From assembly GCA_021772655.1 (NCBI GenBank), contig JAJFLM010000057.1, forward strand, positions 1 through 45,091: DNA of 45,091 nucleotides, given 5' to 3'. Under the pieces are notes generated by a model, which was not told where the DNA came from, searched no databases, and saw nothing but the letters and a program-made list of their open reading frames with translations. Of the stretch, positions 1-10,415 are shown piece by piece (position 1 is the stretch's first letter; each line of letters opens with the position of its first letter). The translations under genes and the position numbers were made by a program. This stretch comes from Deltaproteobacteria bacterium (GTDB lineage Bacteria; UBA10199; 2-02-FULL-50-16; JAJFLM01).

Positions 1-1884
1 GTGACTGATCAGATAACGCAGACAAACGTTGAAAAAGCGCCGGAAGTACATGATGTTGAAGTGAAGACGACTCCGCAGGATATGTCGCATGATGACATTG
101 TTGATGTCTTGAACGGGTATCGAATGGAGGCGGAGCAGGCCAGAGAAGAAGGGGTCAATAGCAGAGATAGGGTGTGGGAAGATAACGTGGACCTGTACTG
201 GAACCGTTTCGACTTCAGCGACAAGGCGGAATGGCAGGCGACGGAAGTATTGCCGGAAGCGCCGCAGTTTGTCAATCGTTACGCTGCTGCGATGCGGTCC
301 GGTTTGACGCGTGATGGTGAGTTCTACACGGTAGAAGATCCTGCTGATCCGAATGGTGACATAGCCCCTGCGATCAAGAAGATGATGATGTTCTGGTTAT
401 CGAGATGCAGTCATAATGCAACAGGGCACCCGGTAGAGTTTGGTAGTCCGTTTGAGGATGTGATGAAGCTCGGCGCGTTGATGGCGAATTGTGCCGCTGT
501 AACATGGAAGGAGCGTAAGGGTAAAGGTTACGTTGCATTCGATCCGGTTGACCCAAGAATGGTGTTGTTGGACCCGACAGGTCGTGGGCTGTATCGTATT
601 GTTCGTCGTTATATCGACCGGCATGAATTGGAACATCTTGCAGGTATGAAGGACGGTAAGAGTGACAGTATTTACGATAAAGAATCCATCGAGTCGTTGC
701 AGGGACACTTGTCAGATGAAGACAAGAAGGAAGAAGAAGATTTGGCGGGGCATGGGAAAGATGACAATACTTCGACCCGCAAACCCGTGCAGCTTGATGA
801 GTTCCTATGCGATTTGATCGATCGTGATGGTTCCGTTCGTTACACTAATCATTTGTTTGTGGTGGCTAATAATCAGTTCCTGATTCGTGGCCCGGAGAAA
901 AACCCGTGGTGGCATGAGATGGACTGGTTGGTGTTTGCTCCGACAATTTCTGTGCCGTTATCTGTTTACGGCAAGACTTACATGGAAGACTGGTCGAATC
1001 TTGCAAGGACGTTTAATGAACTTACTAATTTGATTATAGATGCAGTTCATACTAATTCGATAAATGCGTTTGTTGGTAAACCCACGGCGCTTGAAGACCC
1101 AAACCAGTTGGAAGAGGGTATACATCCATCCAAGATATTCTACGTTGAAGAGAACGAAGATGTAAACGATGTCATCAAGAGTTTGGAACTTGGTAATCTT
1201 CCTCCTGAATCAATCACGTTATGGCAGGCGCTTAAGAAAGAGTTGCAAGAAGGTGCCATGTTCAGTGAGATTGCGCTTGGTCAGTTGTCGAGAGGTGAGA
1301 AGACGGCAACGGAGATTTCAGAAAGCCAACAGGGTTCACAGACTACATTGCAATCTATCGCAAAGAACATTGAGACAAATTTGCTGGAACCTGTTCTTGA
1401 TTTGATCTGGATGACCGGGTTACAGCATTTAAAGAAGAACGATCCTGAGATGCAGCAATTGATAGGCGAGCAGATGTATAATGCGATTTATTCAAAACGA
1501 AAAGAATTTATCAAGAAGTCCGTCAAGTTTAGAGTCAATGCAATTTCAGGCTTGATTGAGCGCAACGAGAAGTTTAAGAAACTGATGAATGCGTTGCAGA
1601 TCGTGGCGACGAATGAGATTCTTGTGCAGACTTTTGTGCAAAAAACAGACCCATCATTGCTAATTGATAATATATTCAAATTGATCGGTTTTAACATCGA
1701 CGATTTAAGCCCGAATGAGCGTAATGCCCAGATAGGCAATATTGTTCAAACGCAAAATGCTCAAGCGGATGCGTTAAGGGAAGCTTCAACAAATGCTCCG
1801 CCACAAAAATCGGGAACGGAGGTTTTAAATGAAACTATTTCGGCTGTTCAACCTTTAATTCAGCAGGGTGGCAATGGACAGTGA
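1..1884 (+). CDS. portal protein (putative)
   Basis: 627-aa ORF with GTG start. It follows the terminase genes once the window is circularised and precedes scaffold-like and capsid-like genes. SD GGAGAGGGAG lies at 45081..45090. Call rests on size and synteny only. Confidence 0.65.
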   Translation: MTDQITQTNVEKAPEVHDVEVKTTPQDMSHDDIVDVLNGYRMEAEQAREEGVNSRDRVWEDNVDLYWNRFDFSDKAEWQATEVLPEAPQFVNRYAAAMRSGLTRDGEFYTVEDPADPNGDIAPAIKKMMMFWLSRCSHNATGHPVEFGSPFEDVMKLGALMANCAAVTWKERKGKGYVAFDPVDPRMVLLDPTGRGLYRIVRRYIDRHELEHLAGMKDGKSDSIYDKESIESLQGHLSDEDKKEEEDLAGHGKDDNTSTRKPVQLDEFLCDLIDRDGSVRYTNHLFVVANNQFLIRGPEKNPWWHEMDWLVFAPTISVPLSVYGKTYMEDWSNLARTFNELTNLIIDAVHTNSINAFVGKPTALEDPNQLEEGIHPSKIFYVEENEDVNDVIKSLELGNLPPESITLWQALKKELQEGAMFSEIALGQLSRGEKTATEISESQQGSQTTLQSIAKNIETNLLEPVLDLIWMTGLQHLKKNDPEMQQLIGEQMYNAIYSKRKEFIKKSVKFRVNAISGLIERNEKFKKLMNALQIVATNEILVQTFVQKTDPSLLIDNIFKLIGFNIDDLSPNERNAQIGNIVQTQNAQADALREASTNAPPQKSGTEVLNETISAVQPLIQQGGNGQ

Positions 1885-2242
1885 AGCTAAGAAGAATATA
1901 GCGATAAATAATTTAACGCAGGAAATTCTTAAAGGAAAACTTGCCGATGCGAATCTTGAATTTCTTCAACGGCACTTGAGTAGGTTACAGGATTGTGTTG
2001 ATGAGTTTATTTATACAAAATTGCAAAGTGGCACTCCAACGAATGATGATTTATTGAGAGCTTATACTGAGAAATTCGCTTATGAGCGTATTTTACAAGC
2101 ATTGAGAAAATCGGCTCGATCCGGCAAGGGTGCTGGAGAGCAATTACAAAAACTTTCGGAGCAGAAAGATGTCAAAAAACGAACCGGAACAACTTATTCT
2201 ACCTACTCCGGGCTTGGAACAGGTGGAAACGGCAAGGCCTGA
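1874..2242 (+). CDS. hypothetical protein
   Basis: Track ORF 1868..2242. ATG at 1874 overlaps the portal stop. The 3' end overlaps the scaffold-like ORF by about 74 nt. Confidence 0.4.
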   Translation: MDSEAKKNIAINNLTQEILKGKLADANLEFLQRHLSRLQDCVDEFIYTKLQSGTPTNDDLLRAYTEKFAYERILQALRKSARSGKGAGEQLQKLSEQKDVKKRTGTTYSTYSGLGTGGNGKA

Positions 2243-2924
2243 GCCGGAAATTGAACAGGAAAAAGATCCTGTCCAGGAAAAAATAGCATCTATGGAAGCT
2301 AAATTACAGAAGTATGAAGAGCAGAACCGGATGTTGAATGAAAATATTCTAAAAATGGCAACGGCTCAACAGGTTCAGCCCAACCCAATTAACGATGTGC
2401 CTGAAATTAAGTTGCCGGAAAAGATTCCTGATCCTATTGATGATCCGACTGCGTATTCTGAGTACATTGACTTGAAGCAGGAGAAACGGTTACGTGAAGT
2501 GCAGACTAAAATGGAGCAAAAGTATCAGGAAAAGTTGCAGGCACAGGAAGATCAAACAAAATATGAAAGATTGAAATTGCGTTTTCAGGAGAAGTACCCT
2601 GAATTGGCAAAAAAGAATTTTGATTTCGTCGAGCATGTCGCTGTGAAGAAAATAAAAGAAGCTGCGGCAAACCGATTGGATGTAAATCAGTATGTTTACG
2701 GGAATTTAGATAAATTCATTGATGAAGTGGCACATTCAGCAAATGATCAGTTGGGTTTAGGCGAATTATCTGAAGATGGCAGGACTCAGGGATTATCCGC
2801 TGGTGGAACTTCTGTAAAACCTAAGCCAAAGCCCAAATCTAAAGAAAAAGGGTTTAATGAGCAGTTCAAGGAAATCAGGAACGCGACTCCAGGCATTTGG
2901 AATCCGAATTATCCTGTAACTTAA
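2169..2924 (+). CDS. scaffolding protein (putative)
   Basis: E/K/Q-rich, coiled-coil-like ORF between portal and capsid. ATG at 2169 is preceded by GGAGCAGAAAG. The track ORF starts at 2130. Confidence 0.55.
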   Translation: MSKNEPEQLILPTPGLEQVETARPEPEIEQEKDPVQEKIASMEAKLQKYEEQNRMLNENILKMATAQQVQPNPINDVPEIKLPEKIPDPIDDPTAYSEYIDLKQEKRLREVQTKMEQKYQEKLQAQEDQTKYERLKLRFQEKYPELAKKNFDFVEHVAVKKIKEAAANRLDVNQYVYGNLDKFIDEVAHSANDQLGLGELSEDGRTQGLSAGGTSVKPKPKPKSKEKGFNEQFKEIRNATPGIWNPNYPVT

Positions 2925-2936
2925 TATAAAAATACA

Positions 2937-2965
2937 TTGACACCTTTTGGCCATTAAAATATATG
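2937..2965 (+). promoter_or_regulatory. sigma70-like promoter upstream of the capsid gene
   Basis: TTGACA (2937..2942), 17-nt spacer, TATATG (2960..2965), in the intergenic gap before the 3013 ATG. Confidence 0.4.
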
Positions 2966-3012
2966 TAGTGTAGAAAGTTGGTGTAAACATTAATTACTAG
3001 GAGATACGGGGA

Positions 3013-3936
3013 ATGTCATGGCAATTTGATGCGCCGACCGGGGTTTATAAGAACCACGCACTTTCGAGTAGAATTCGACATCAGGCGATTGCCGATGCCT
3101 TGTTCATGCGCTGGTCTACACCTGAACCTGGGTACGGCAAAAATCGCGGCGAGAATGTAACAATTACAAGAATTCTATCTTTACCTTTGGCAAACCGGGT
3201 TTCCGAAACTGATCGGTTGCCAAGTGGTCGGCCTGCCATTCAAACCAAATCTCAACCTGTTAGTGAATGGGGTTATAAGATTCCACTTACTAATTTTGAG
3301 CGGATGTTGACTCATTATGAGGTTGAGCCTGAGTTTGAGAAAACCCTTCGAGACCAGATGACACTTACAATGGACAAGATGGTGGCGGACGCATTAAAAA
3401 CCACTCCTTATTTGTATGTACCTGCAGTTGGTGGCGGGGCATTTGATACGGATGGTACGTTTACCAACACAGCGGATCGCAATTTGAATATTGATGATCT
3501 GCGAAATATTTATGATGAAATGAGCGGTACATTGAAAATACCTCATTTCAACAATGGTATGTATGTTGGCATTCTGAGTACAAAAGCTGCTCGTGGGATT
3601 AAGAATGATTCAACCTATAAAGATTGGTTGGCTCCTAATACCGCAGAACCTTTTGTTTCTGGTCGTTTGAAAGATGTTGAAGGGTTCATGCTTTTTGAAA
3701 CAAATCATTTCGATGCTTTGGACAATACAGTTGGAACGGGTTCTGTTTTGGGTGAGGCTGTGTTCTTTGGACCTGACGCTTCGTTTATGGTTTCAGTTGA
3801 TGAACCTGAGATTCGCGTTGAACAGCCGACTGATTTGGGTAGGTTTAGAGAAGTTGGTTGGGTAGGGATTCTGGAAGCTGGATTGACTTGGGAAGTAGCT
3901 GCTCAGGCTAGAACTATCTACGTTGGGAGTGCGTAA
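3013..3936 (+). CDS. major capsid protein (putative)
   Basis: 307-aa ORF directly after the scaffold-like gene. Strong SD AGGAGATACGGGGA before the ATG. Position and size are typical of the capsid gene in a portal-scaffold-capsid module. Confidence 0.7.
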   Translation: MSWQFDAPTGVYKNHALSSRIRHQAIADALFMRWSTPEPGYGKNRGENVTITRILSLPLANRVSETDRLPSGRPAIQTKSQPVSEWGYKIPLTNFERMLTHYEVEPEFEKTLRDQMTLTMDKMVADALKTTPYLYVPAVGGGAFDTDGTFTNTADRNLNIDDLRNIYDEMSGTLKIPHFNNGMYVGILSTKAARGIKNDSTYKDWLAPNTAEPFVSGRLKDVEGFMLFETNHFDALDNTVGTGSVLGEAVFFGPDASFMVSVDEPEIRVEQPTDLGRFREVGWVGILEAGLTWEVAAQARTIYVGSA

Positions 3937-3960
3937 TAAATAACTTAGGAGAAGAATAAG

Positions 3961-4455
3961 ATGAGTTACGAAGTAGGCAAATATGATCGGGTTGTGAGTG
4001 ATAGTATCGGTGTTGCCAGCGCTGCCGATGTATACACTTGGATGCCTGGAGGGCCTGTCGAGATTTATCGAACGGGTATTATCGCAACGACTTCCGCAGG
4101 TGTTGATTTAGCGTCAGCGACTTCTAGCTTTACGATGGGCGTTGATCTATTCACTAAATCCAGCGCTGGTAGTGGATGGACGAGAACAACTGCCGGAGTT
4201 GCTTCATTGAATTTTACGACTTCTGCAACAATGGGCATCAATGGGAAAGGAATTTACGCGGATGTGACTTCTCCGATTGCTGTTGACATTGGTGAGCAGG
4301 TTACGTTTGCTGTGTCCAGTGCTGCTTCTGCTGCTAGTACAGTTAGATGTTTCGTTGAGTACCGCGATCTTCCAGCACAAGGGCGCGCACGACCGAGTTC
4401 TGCCCCTGGTGATGGGACGACTACCGATGCTTATATCAACATGACTAAAGTATAA
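3961..4455 (+). CDS. hypothetical virion protein (A/S/T/G-rich)
   Basis: 164-aa ORF with SD AGGAGAAGAATAAG, in the capsid operon upstream of the terminator. Confidence 0.5.
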   Translation: MSYEVGKYDRVVSDSIGVASAADVYTWMPGGPVEIYRTGIIATTSAGVDLASATSSFTMGVDLFTKSSAGSGWTRTTAGVASLNFTTSATMGINGKGIYADVTSPIAVDIGEQVTFAVSSAASAASTVRCFVEYRDLPAQGRARPSSAPGDGTTTDAYINMTKV

Positions 4456-4466
4456 GGAGAAAAATT

Positions 4467-4769
4467 ATGGCTCTTTCAGGCGCTTTGCAAGGTGGCGAGC
4501 CTGGAGAAAAGATAGTTCATGGCACGACTTTGCCGACTGCCGCTATCACCACAATTTCTTCCGGTTTGAAAACAGTTGATACGGTAATTATTGGTTTTGT
4601 TTCTGCTCCTACGAGTGCACATTATCATAATTCCTATTCAACCAGTACTGATGGGAAAGTGTTCATTACGCATTATGAGATTGCTGTTGCTGGATCTGCC
4701 GTTGCAATAACCACAGCGGCATCTTCATTTTCGACGCTTTCTTATATGATTATAGGAGATGACTTTTGA
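4467..4769 (+). CDS. hypothetical virion protein
   Basis: 100-aa ORF with SD AAGGAGAAAAATT, tightly packed in the structural operon. Confidence 0.45.
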   Translation: MALSGALQGGEPGEKIVHGTTLPTAAITTISSGLKTVDTVIIGFVSAPTSAHYHNSYSTSTDGKVFITHYEIAVAGSAVAITTAASSFSTLSYMIIGDDF

Positions 4770-5185
4770 TTGACTTGAACCGAGGTTGCGAGATCCGTAT
4801 AGATCTAAAAACGGGCCGTAGGGTTTATATGTACAAAGATGACCCCGGTAAATTTCTTGATTGGCATGAGCGTATTATGCCGGAGTCTATTGCAAGAAGT
4901 GCCGGGTTCGATGTGAAAATGCTCAAGCAGAGGGCACAGCATAAGCGGAAATTGAATGCAGCTATTGAAAAGGTGAATGCTGAGTTTGCGGATGCGAATC
5001 CGAAAGAAGTTTTGTTTGAAGGTGGTGGTTATAAGGTAGTAGCGGCAACCAAGGATTACGCTGACATTTATGATAGTGGTGATATTAAGGTGAATACGAT
5101 CCAAATGAAGCGTAAAGAGGCAATTGAGTATGTAAAACTTATGTCCGAAGAAGGAGTTGAAGATGAAAATTTACAGCCGTCGTAA
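4766..5185 (+). CDS. hypothetical protein
   Basis: 139-aa ORF overlapping the upstream stop by 4 nt. Last gene before the terminator at 5252. Confidence 0.45.
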   Translation: MIDLNRGCEIRIDLKTGRRVYMYKDDPGKFLDWHERIMPESIARSAGFDVKMLKQRAQHKRKLNAAIEKVNAEFADANPKEVLFEGGGYKVVAATKDYADIYDSGDIKVNTIQMKRKEAIEYVKLMSEEGVEDENLQPS

Positions 5186-5251
5186 AAAAGGCCGTGGTGG
5201 TCGGAAGTAAAATGTTTTGAGAGGCAGGGCTGTCTTTCATTTGATGGGAAG

Positions 5252-5290
5252 GGCTTAGGGCGTAAAGGCCCTGAGCCTTTTCTTTTTTTT
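5252..5290 (+). terminator. rho-independent terminator
   Basis: GGCTTAGGGC / GCCCTGAGCC forms a 10-bp stem (one G-U) with loop GTAAAG, followed by TTTTCTTTTTTTT. It lies in the 5186..5299 gap after the capsid operon. Confidence 0.75.
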
Positions 5291-5299
5291 GAGGTTACT

Positions 5300-5998
5300 A
5301 TGGCAACTGTTACATTTTCCACACTTAAAGATCGTCTAGGGCGGCGAATCATAGATGAAAATACATCGTTCACTACAGAGCAGGGTGATTTAATCAATTT
5401 TGCTCATCGTGAACTGCAGGATCGCTATAATTTTAAGGTGATGGAAGCGAAGACAACCGCCGTAACGAGTGCATTGACGCGTGCTCTGGTTTCTATTCCT
5501 TCTGATTGGAAAGAGGCGAGAGCAGAACCTTGGTTGGTGGATGTGAGTGGCAATACGGATCACATCGTTTGGATTCCAACTGAGCATGAAGCGCAGAAAT
5601 CTTATGATGACAATACAACGGTAGATACAGGAGAGCCGCAGTTTTTACTTGAAAATGCTACGACGATAGATGTCTATCCATATTCTGATAGTAATAGTGA
5701 CCACGCCGACAGTGAATATAGAATTGTTATTCCATATTGGAAATATTTGACTGAGTTATCTGCCGATGGGGATAATGATTATCTGACGAATACGTATCCG
5801 TGGGCGATTGTTTATTTCGCTACAGCGCAGGGATTCTGGTTGAACCAGGATGAGCAACGCGCAACGTTTTGGGAGCAGAAAGCAGAGGCTCAGATACGTA
5901 ATAAGATTAGGACTGAGAAGAAGAAGAAATTTAGGCGTACTGGATTTTTGCGTCCGAGGATCAATGTGTATGGTCCGTTCCATAAAAGGAGTTTCTGA
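5300..5998 (+). CDS. virion structural protein (head-tail adaptor or tail-tube-like, putative)
   Basis: 232-aa ORF, first gene after the terminator, in the position of adaptor/tail-tubular genes in T7-like order. No motif support. Confidence 0.4.
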   Translation: MATVTFSTLKDRLGRRIIDENTSFTTEQGDLINFAHRELQDRYNFKVMEAKTTAVTSALTRALVSIPSDWKEARAEPWLVDVSGNTDHIVWIPTEHEAQKSYDDNTTVDTGEPQFLLENATTIDVYPYSDSNSDHADSEYRIVIPYWKYLTELSADGDNDYLTNTYPWAIVYFATAQGFWLNQDEQRATFWEQKAEAQIRNKIRTEKKKKFRRTGFLRPRINVYGPFHKRSF

Positions 5999-6801
5999 TG
6001 GTAGATTTTGATGCTACAAACCCAGGCGATTCCGATATAGTCAGTCAATTCCCGGCAAACGAACGGGCACAACGAGGTGCTGTTTCATCTGGTTTTAGTT
6101 TAGAACATGACGGTTCAGGCACTGGTAGACATAAGTTTCCGAGAGGCAACACCTCTGCGAGAAATGCTCTGACTTCTGCTTCGATTGTGAACGGCAGTAT
6201 TTTTATAAATACTTCAGCTTCTTCTGCCATCCCAATTATTCAAGCCTATTCGTCTGTGGATGCGGCATGGCATGATACGGGGCGTTTTACTTCTGCTGAT
6301 GAAGCTAAACTGGATGGCATTACTTCAGGTGCCGGTGTTGCGGCAACTACAGCAACGTCTTCTGAAGCTGCGGCAGCGACTGTATCGGCTATGCGGAGTT
6401 TCAGCCCATATCTGCTTGGTATTACAGCTAAAACTTTTTCAAGGACTGGGGTTGAATTTGGAGCAACGACTAGAGATTTAACGACGGCTTCCGGTTCTCA
6501 ATCCGTCAGTACAACTAATACTGTTAAAGGTGTGATTATATTTGCTGGTGTTAACGCAAGCCAGAAAGTGAGTTTTGGCGGTAGTAATGGAACGGCGCAT
6601 GGAAGTATTGGTCGCAGAGATTCTGGCACTCCAGGATGGTATACTGGGTCCAATATAATTATTCATATAGGCGGGGTTTCTTCTGATTTTCAAACTGCTA
6701 CAGTATCAATTACTAGCAGTGGATTTGAGTTAAACTGGACGAAAAATGGCTCTCCAACTGGGACAGCTGATATTGAATATTTAGCCATCACTTCTATATA
6801 A
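5998..6801 (+). CDS. virion structural protein
   Basis: 267-aa S/T/A/G-rich ORF. ATGA overlap with the upstream gene and abutting the downstream gene. Confidence 0.45.
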   Translation: MVDFDATNPGDSDIVSQFPANERAQRGAVSSGFSLEHDGSGTGRHKFPRGNTSARNALTSASIVNGSIFINTSASSAIPIIQAYSSVDAAWHDTGRFTSADEAKLDGITSGAGVAATTATSSEAAAATVSAMRSFSPYLLGITAKTFSRTGVEFGATTRDLTTASGSQSVSTTNTVKGVIIFAGVNASQKVSFGGSNGTAHGSIGRRDSGTPGWYTGSNIIIHIGGVSSDFQTATVSITSSGFELNWTKNGSPTGTADIEYLAITSI

Positions 6802-8606
6802 TGCCTAGAAATAATTCAGTCATAGGCCCAAACCGTGGCATTTATTTGGACAGGCCAGAAGTGGCTTTAGATAAGCGCATGTTATCTGATTGTTTGAATG
6901 TGCGCATTAAGAATGGGAAAATCATCAGGGACAATATGGGCTATTCATTGTTTATGAGTCAGAATTTGACTGACCCAGTGACAATGATAGACCAGTTTTT
7001 CCGTTCCGATGGTTCTGTCATCTTAATGTTTGCAACGACTGAGAATATGTATCAGTTCAATACTTCAACTTCAGGTGTGACCTACATAAATCCGCGTTAT
7101 GAAATTGGGTCTGTTTCAATTGCCACGAGTGCTACGACTGCTATTGGTTCTGGAACAGCATGGACCAGTGTTGTGGCTGGTGATTTCGTTCATTTTGGTG
7201 CGACAAGTGCTGTGAGCATTGATGCGAGGTGGTATGAGATAAGTTCTGTGACTTCTGGAACTGAGGTGATTTTAACATCGGCCATTTCTGCTGGAGTGAG
7301 TGATTCGGCTTATACGATTCGCAGAACTTTTACTGGTGATGTATTTGATTATTGGGATTCGGATACAATTGCCAATGTGTCTTCACAGGATCTATGGTTT
7401 GGAACTAACGGTGTTGATTCAATTGTTAAATGGAATGGCACAGACACCCAAGTAACACTTGTAAGTGCGGTAGGATTTACATGCCAAACGGTAGCATTTT
7501 ACAAGGAGATGTTGGTATGTGGAAATATAACTGAAGGTGGGACCAATAAGAAGACCACGATTAAGAATTCAGATGTTGGAGCGCCTGAAGATTTTACCAA
7601 TGGGTTGGCTGGTGAATTTGTTGCTTATGATGGGATATCAGGGATTAATTTACTCCAACCTCTTGGTGACAACCTAGTTATTTATAGTGATAGAAGCATT
7701 GTATTAACGCAGTTTGTTGGGTCTCCGATTGTTTTTGTATTCCGCACAGCAATTTCAGGGATCGGGACTCAATCGGGTCGCGCACTGGCGGATTTTGGTG
7801 ATTTTCATGAGTTCCTTGGTCCTGATGCTCAATATGAGTTTAATGGTATTGCCTTAGAGGAAATAGGGTCGCATGTCTGGCTGGAAGTTTTACGTGTGCA
7901 TAACCCGAATAAGTTTGATTTTTTCCAAGGGCATGTTGATGAAGAAAACGGTGAAGTATTATGGATTGTTCCATTAAACACAGATACTGGAGATATTTCT
8001 ACTGGTCAACCCAATAAGGCTTATTCTGAACATTATTTAGAGAACGTTGGAGATGATCCTGTCCCGTATACGATAAGAGAATTGCCAGCAACGGCTACTG
8101 GTTATTTTGAGCGCCAGTCAGTGGTGAAGTGGAGTGATATATCGGATACTTGGCAAAGTCAGAACAATCGGTTCGATGACAGATTTTTCCAAGCAGCATT
8201 TCCATTTAATTTGTTTGGTGATGAGAACGGGAATATTTTCATATTGAACGGAGCGGATTCGCAAAATGGTTCTGACATAGATTCATTTGCTCAATACGGG
8301 AAGGTTCCTGCGACTGATGGTAGGCGGAAAGGACTTATTAGGCGTATTTATTCATTTACCGAAAAGATTCCTGCCGCTTCGTATGATTTGAACGTGATTT
8401 TAAAAGTTGGCGACAGTGCCGACGACACTATGGTCGCCGTTACTACACTTGGACATGATTTGACCCATGCGGAAGATAAGGGCGGGTTCGTGAGTCCGTT
8501 TAAATCGGCTCGTTACTTTCAGTTGAGGTATGAAGTTTCAGGGCAAGGGACTCCTTTTTCATTAGCTGGATATGATGTGGACATTTCAAATGGCGGAAGT
8601 CGATAA
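6801..8606 (+). CDS. large tail structural protein (nozzle/tail-tubular-B-like, putative)
   Basis: 601-aa ORF in the tail module. Call rests on size and position only. Confidence 0.5.
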   Translation: MPRNNSVIGPNRGIYLDRPEVALDKRMLSDCLNVRIKNGKIIRDNMGYSLFMSQNLTDPVTMIDQFFRSDGSVILMFATTENMYQFNTSTSGVTYINPRYEIGSVSIATSATTAIGSGTAWTSVVAGDFVHFGATSAVSIDARWYEISSVTSGTEVILTSAISAGVSDSAYTIRRTFTGDVFDYWDSDTIANVSSQDLWFGTNGVDSIVKWNGTDTQVTLVSAVGFTCQTVAFYKEMLVCGNITEGGTNKKTTIKNSDVGAPEDFTNGLAGEFVAYDGISGINLLQPLGDNLVIYSDRSIVLTQFVGSPIVFVFRTAISGIGTQSGRALADFGDFHEFLGPDAQYEFNGIALEEIGSHVWLEVLRVHNPNKFDFFQGHVDEENGEVLWIVPLNTDTGDISTGQPNKAYSEHYLENVGDDPVPYTIRELPATATGYFERQSVVKWSDISDTWQSQNNRFDDRFFQAAFPFNLFGDENGNIFILNGADSQNGSDIDSFAQYGKVPATDGRRKGLIRRIYSFTEKIPAASYDLNVILKVGDSADDTMVAVTTLGHDLTHAEDKGGFVSPFKSARYFQLRYEVSGQGTPFSLAGYDVDISNGGSR

Positions 8607-8787
8607 AAAAAGATTAGCTATTGAAAGAAGGTTGCGTAGGTTGTCAGGAGCTTCAATGGAGCATCGGGAAATATTAAACGACTACAACCTTCAGCAAAGT
8701 GATTGGAGAACCACTTGTAGATTCTGTGGGGATACAATGAAAGGAACCATAGATAATATTAAGGAGCATTATGCGTCCTGTAAATGA
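8590..8787 (+). CDS. small Cys-containing protein
   Basis: Track ORF 8572..8787. ATG at 8590 overlaps the upstream stop. Contains CRFCG...HYASC. Confidence 0.4.
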   Translation: MAEVDKKRLAIERRLRRLSGASMEHREILNDYNLQQSDWRTTCRFCGDTMKGTIDNIKEHYASCK

Positions 8788-9079
8788 ATCGCCATTTTTA
8801 CCGCAAGCGAAACCGTCTACCTTAGGTGGGGTGGTGAATTGGATTGGCGATATTACAAAGCAGTTATTTTCCATGTTTGCCGAGTATGGCAGAAGGCTTA
8901 ATAATGTTTATCCGAAAGATGGTTCTGAAAATATGGAGTACGTTACATTGACTTCTTCAGTTTCGGCCCCAGCATCAGCGGCATCAAAAGCATTTATTTA
9001 TGTAGATTCTTCAGACGGTGATTTAAAGGTGAAATTTAAAAACGGTGATATTCAAGTTATTGCCACTGTTTCAGTATAG
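8771..9079 (+). CDS. hypothetical virion protein
   Basis: 102-aa ORF with SD AAGGAGCATT before the ATG. Confidence 0.45.
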   Translation: MRPVNESPFLPQAKPSTLGGVVNWIGDITKQLFSMFAEYGRRLNNVYPKDGSENMEYVTLTSSVSAPASAASKAFIYVDSSDGDLKVKFKNGDIQVIATVSV

Positions 9080-9088
9080 GAGATAAAA

Positions 9089-9439
9089 ATGGCTAAGACT
9101 ATAAAGGCAACAGCATGGACCAGCACTGTTGTTACTGCGGCAGCTAATTGGTTAAGTTCTGACGTGAGTGTCGGCGGTGGAAGCCCTGTTAAACACACAT
9201 TGATATATGCACAGGCATCCGCTGCAACTGTGGATTTAACAATGACAAGAGATGATGTAGTAACAGTTTTCCCATTGAATGGTGGGGCGGCTGTTTCCGC
9301 TAAAATGTATAAAGAAGATATCGTTGTATTGCCTGGCACTACTTATAATTTAGATCATGCCGCTGGATCTGGGGCGCATAAAGTATTTTTAATTGTCTTG
9401 GAAGATGAGGATGACTTAGGTGTGAATGCGAATATATGA
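9089..9439 (+). CDS. hypothetical virion protein
   Basis: 116-aa ORF with SD AGGAGATAAAA before the ATG. Confidence 0.45.
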   Translation: MAKTIKATAWTSTVVTAAANWLSSDVSVGGGSPVKHTLIYAQASAATVDLTMTRDDVVTVFPLNGGAAVSAKMYKEDIVVLPGTTYNLDHAAGSGAHKVFLIVLEDEDDLGVNANI

Positions 9440-9726
9440 AAGAAATCATAACTAGAAATACAGGAGTTAGCGTTGCTGTTTTAATTTGCATGATCACAGC
9501 TTCAGCTTGGGCTGTTATGCAAATTTATGAAATCAAACTTTTTATGAAAGATGGGTTTGGTGAAGTAGGCAAGGAGATGATTGAATACCATATCAGGTTG
9601 AATAATATAGAAAACAAAATTGATTATTACAGTGTTAATTTATCAGATCATTTAAAGGCAGGGGGCCATCAGAAGATGGAGGCTAGAATGGATAACGTGG
9701 AGAAGCGGATTGATGGAGGTTATTAA
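9436..9726 (+). CDS. membrane-anchored hypothetical protein
   Basis: 96-aa ORF with ATGA overlap. N-terminal hydrophobic segment VSVAVLICMITASAWAV. Confidence 0.4.
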   Translation: MKEIITRNTGVSVAVLICMITASAWAVMQIYEIKLFMKDGFGEVGKEMIEYHIRLNNIENKIDYYSVNLSDHLKAGGHQKMEARMDNVEKRIDGGY

Positions 9727-9988
9727 ACGAGGCAATGTGCCTTATATTGCGCCTGTTGTTGTTTTCCCAAAGACTGGGGAGATGAAGGTGAGATGTGGGA
9801 AATGCGCTGGCTATGAGTTCACAGTTCATTTAAAGCCTGATGAGAAGATGCGGCATTATGGCCGGGTGACTGAAATTGTGTGTGTTAAGTGCAAGAAATG
9901 GCTTCCTCTCGATGATCAGGGGATGCTTCAGGGGCGAGGTAAAATAACTAAGGAGAAGGATAATGGCTGTTACAGTACAAAGATATAA
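9710..9988 (+). CDS. zinc-ribbon-like hypothetical protein
   Basis: 92-aa ORF with paired CxxC motifs (CGKCAG ... CVKCKK). Confidence 0.4.
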   Translation: MMEVIKRGNVPYIAPVVVFPKTGEMKVRCGKCAGYEFTVHLKPDEKMRHYGRVTEIVCVKCKKWLPLDDQGMLQGRGKITKEKDNGCYSTKI

Positions 9989-10406
9989 TGCCTTAGCTAC
10001 CAAAATAGCTGATGGCACGATTCAAATTGGGACTACTGCCATTTATACGGCATTAATGAATTCAGCGCATAGTGTAACTTCCGCCAATTCGATATGGTCC
10101 CAAGTTTCAGCGAACCAAATTGCTGATGGAAATGGGTACACAGCCTTTACTACTGTTCCGGCAGGGCGTGCGCTTTCATCGGAATCGTTTACGGAGGCGG
10201 CTGGCGTTGCTACCTATGATGCGGGTGATACTTTATGGAGCGCCACTACTGGCGCGATTGGACCTGCCACTGATTGTGTGATTGTAGCTGGAACGACGGC
10301 TGGAGATTTAATGTTCAATGTAGATTTTGGCGAAGAAAAGACTGCTGATGCTTCTGCAACATTTAAAATTACCTGGAATGGTTCCGGTATTTTTACTATT
10401 TCATAA
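9963..10406 (+). CDS. hypothetical virion protein
   Basis: 147-aa ORF with SD AAGGAGAAGGATA before the ATG. Confidence 0.45.
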   Translation: MAVTVQRYNALATKIADGTIQIGTTAIYTALMNSAHSVTSANSIWSQVSANQIADGNGYTAFTTVPAGRALSSESFTEAAGVATYDAGDTLWSATTGAIGPATDCVIVAGTTAGDLMFNVDFGEEKTADASATFKITWNGSGIFTIS

Positions 10407-10415
10407 GAGGGCTAT

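Noticed and set aside
5068-5397. 109-aa minus-strand ORF
   Set aside because: It runs through the intrinsic terminator and two plus-strand gene ends in a purely plus-strand operon, and has no SD.
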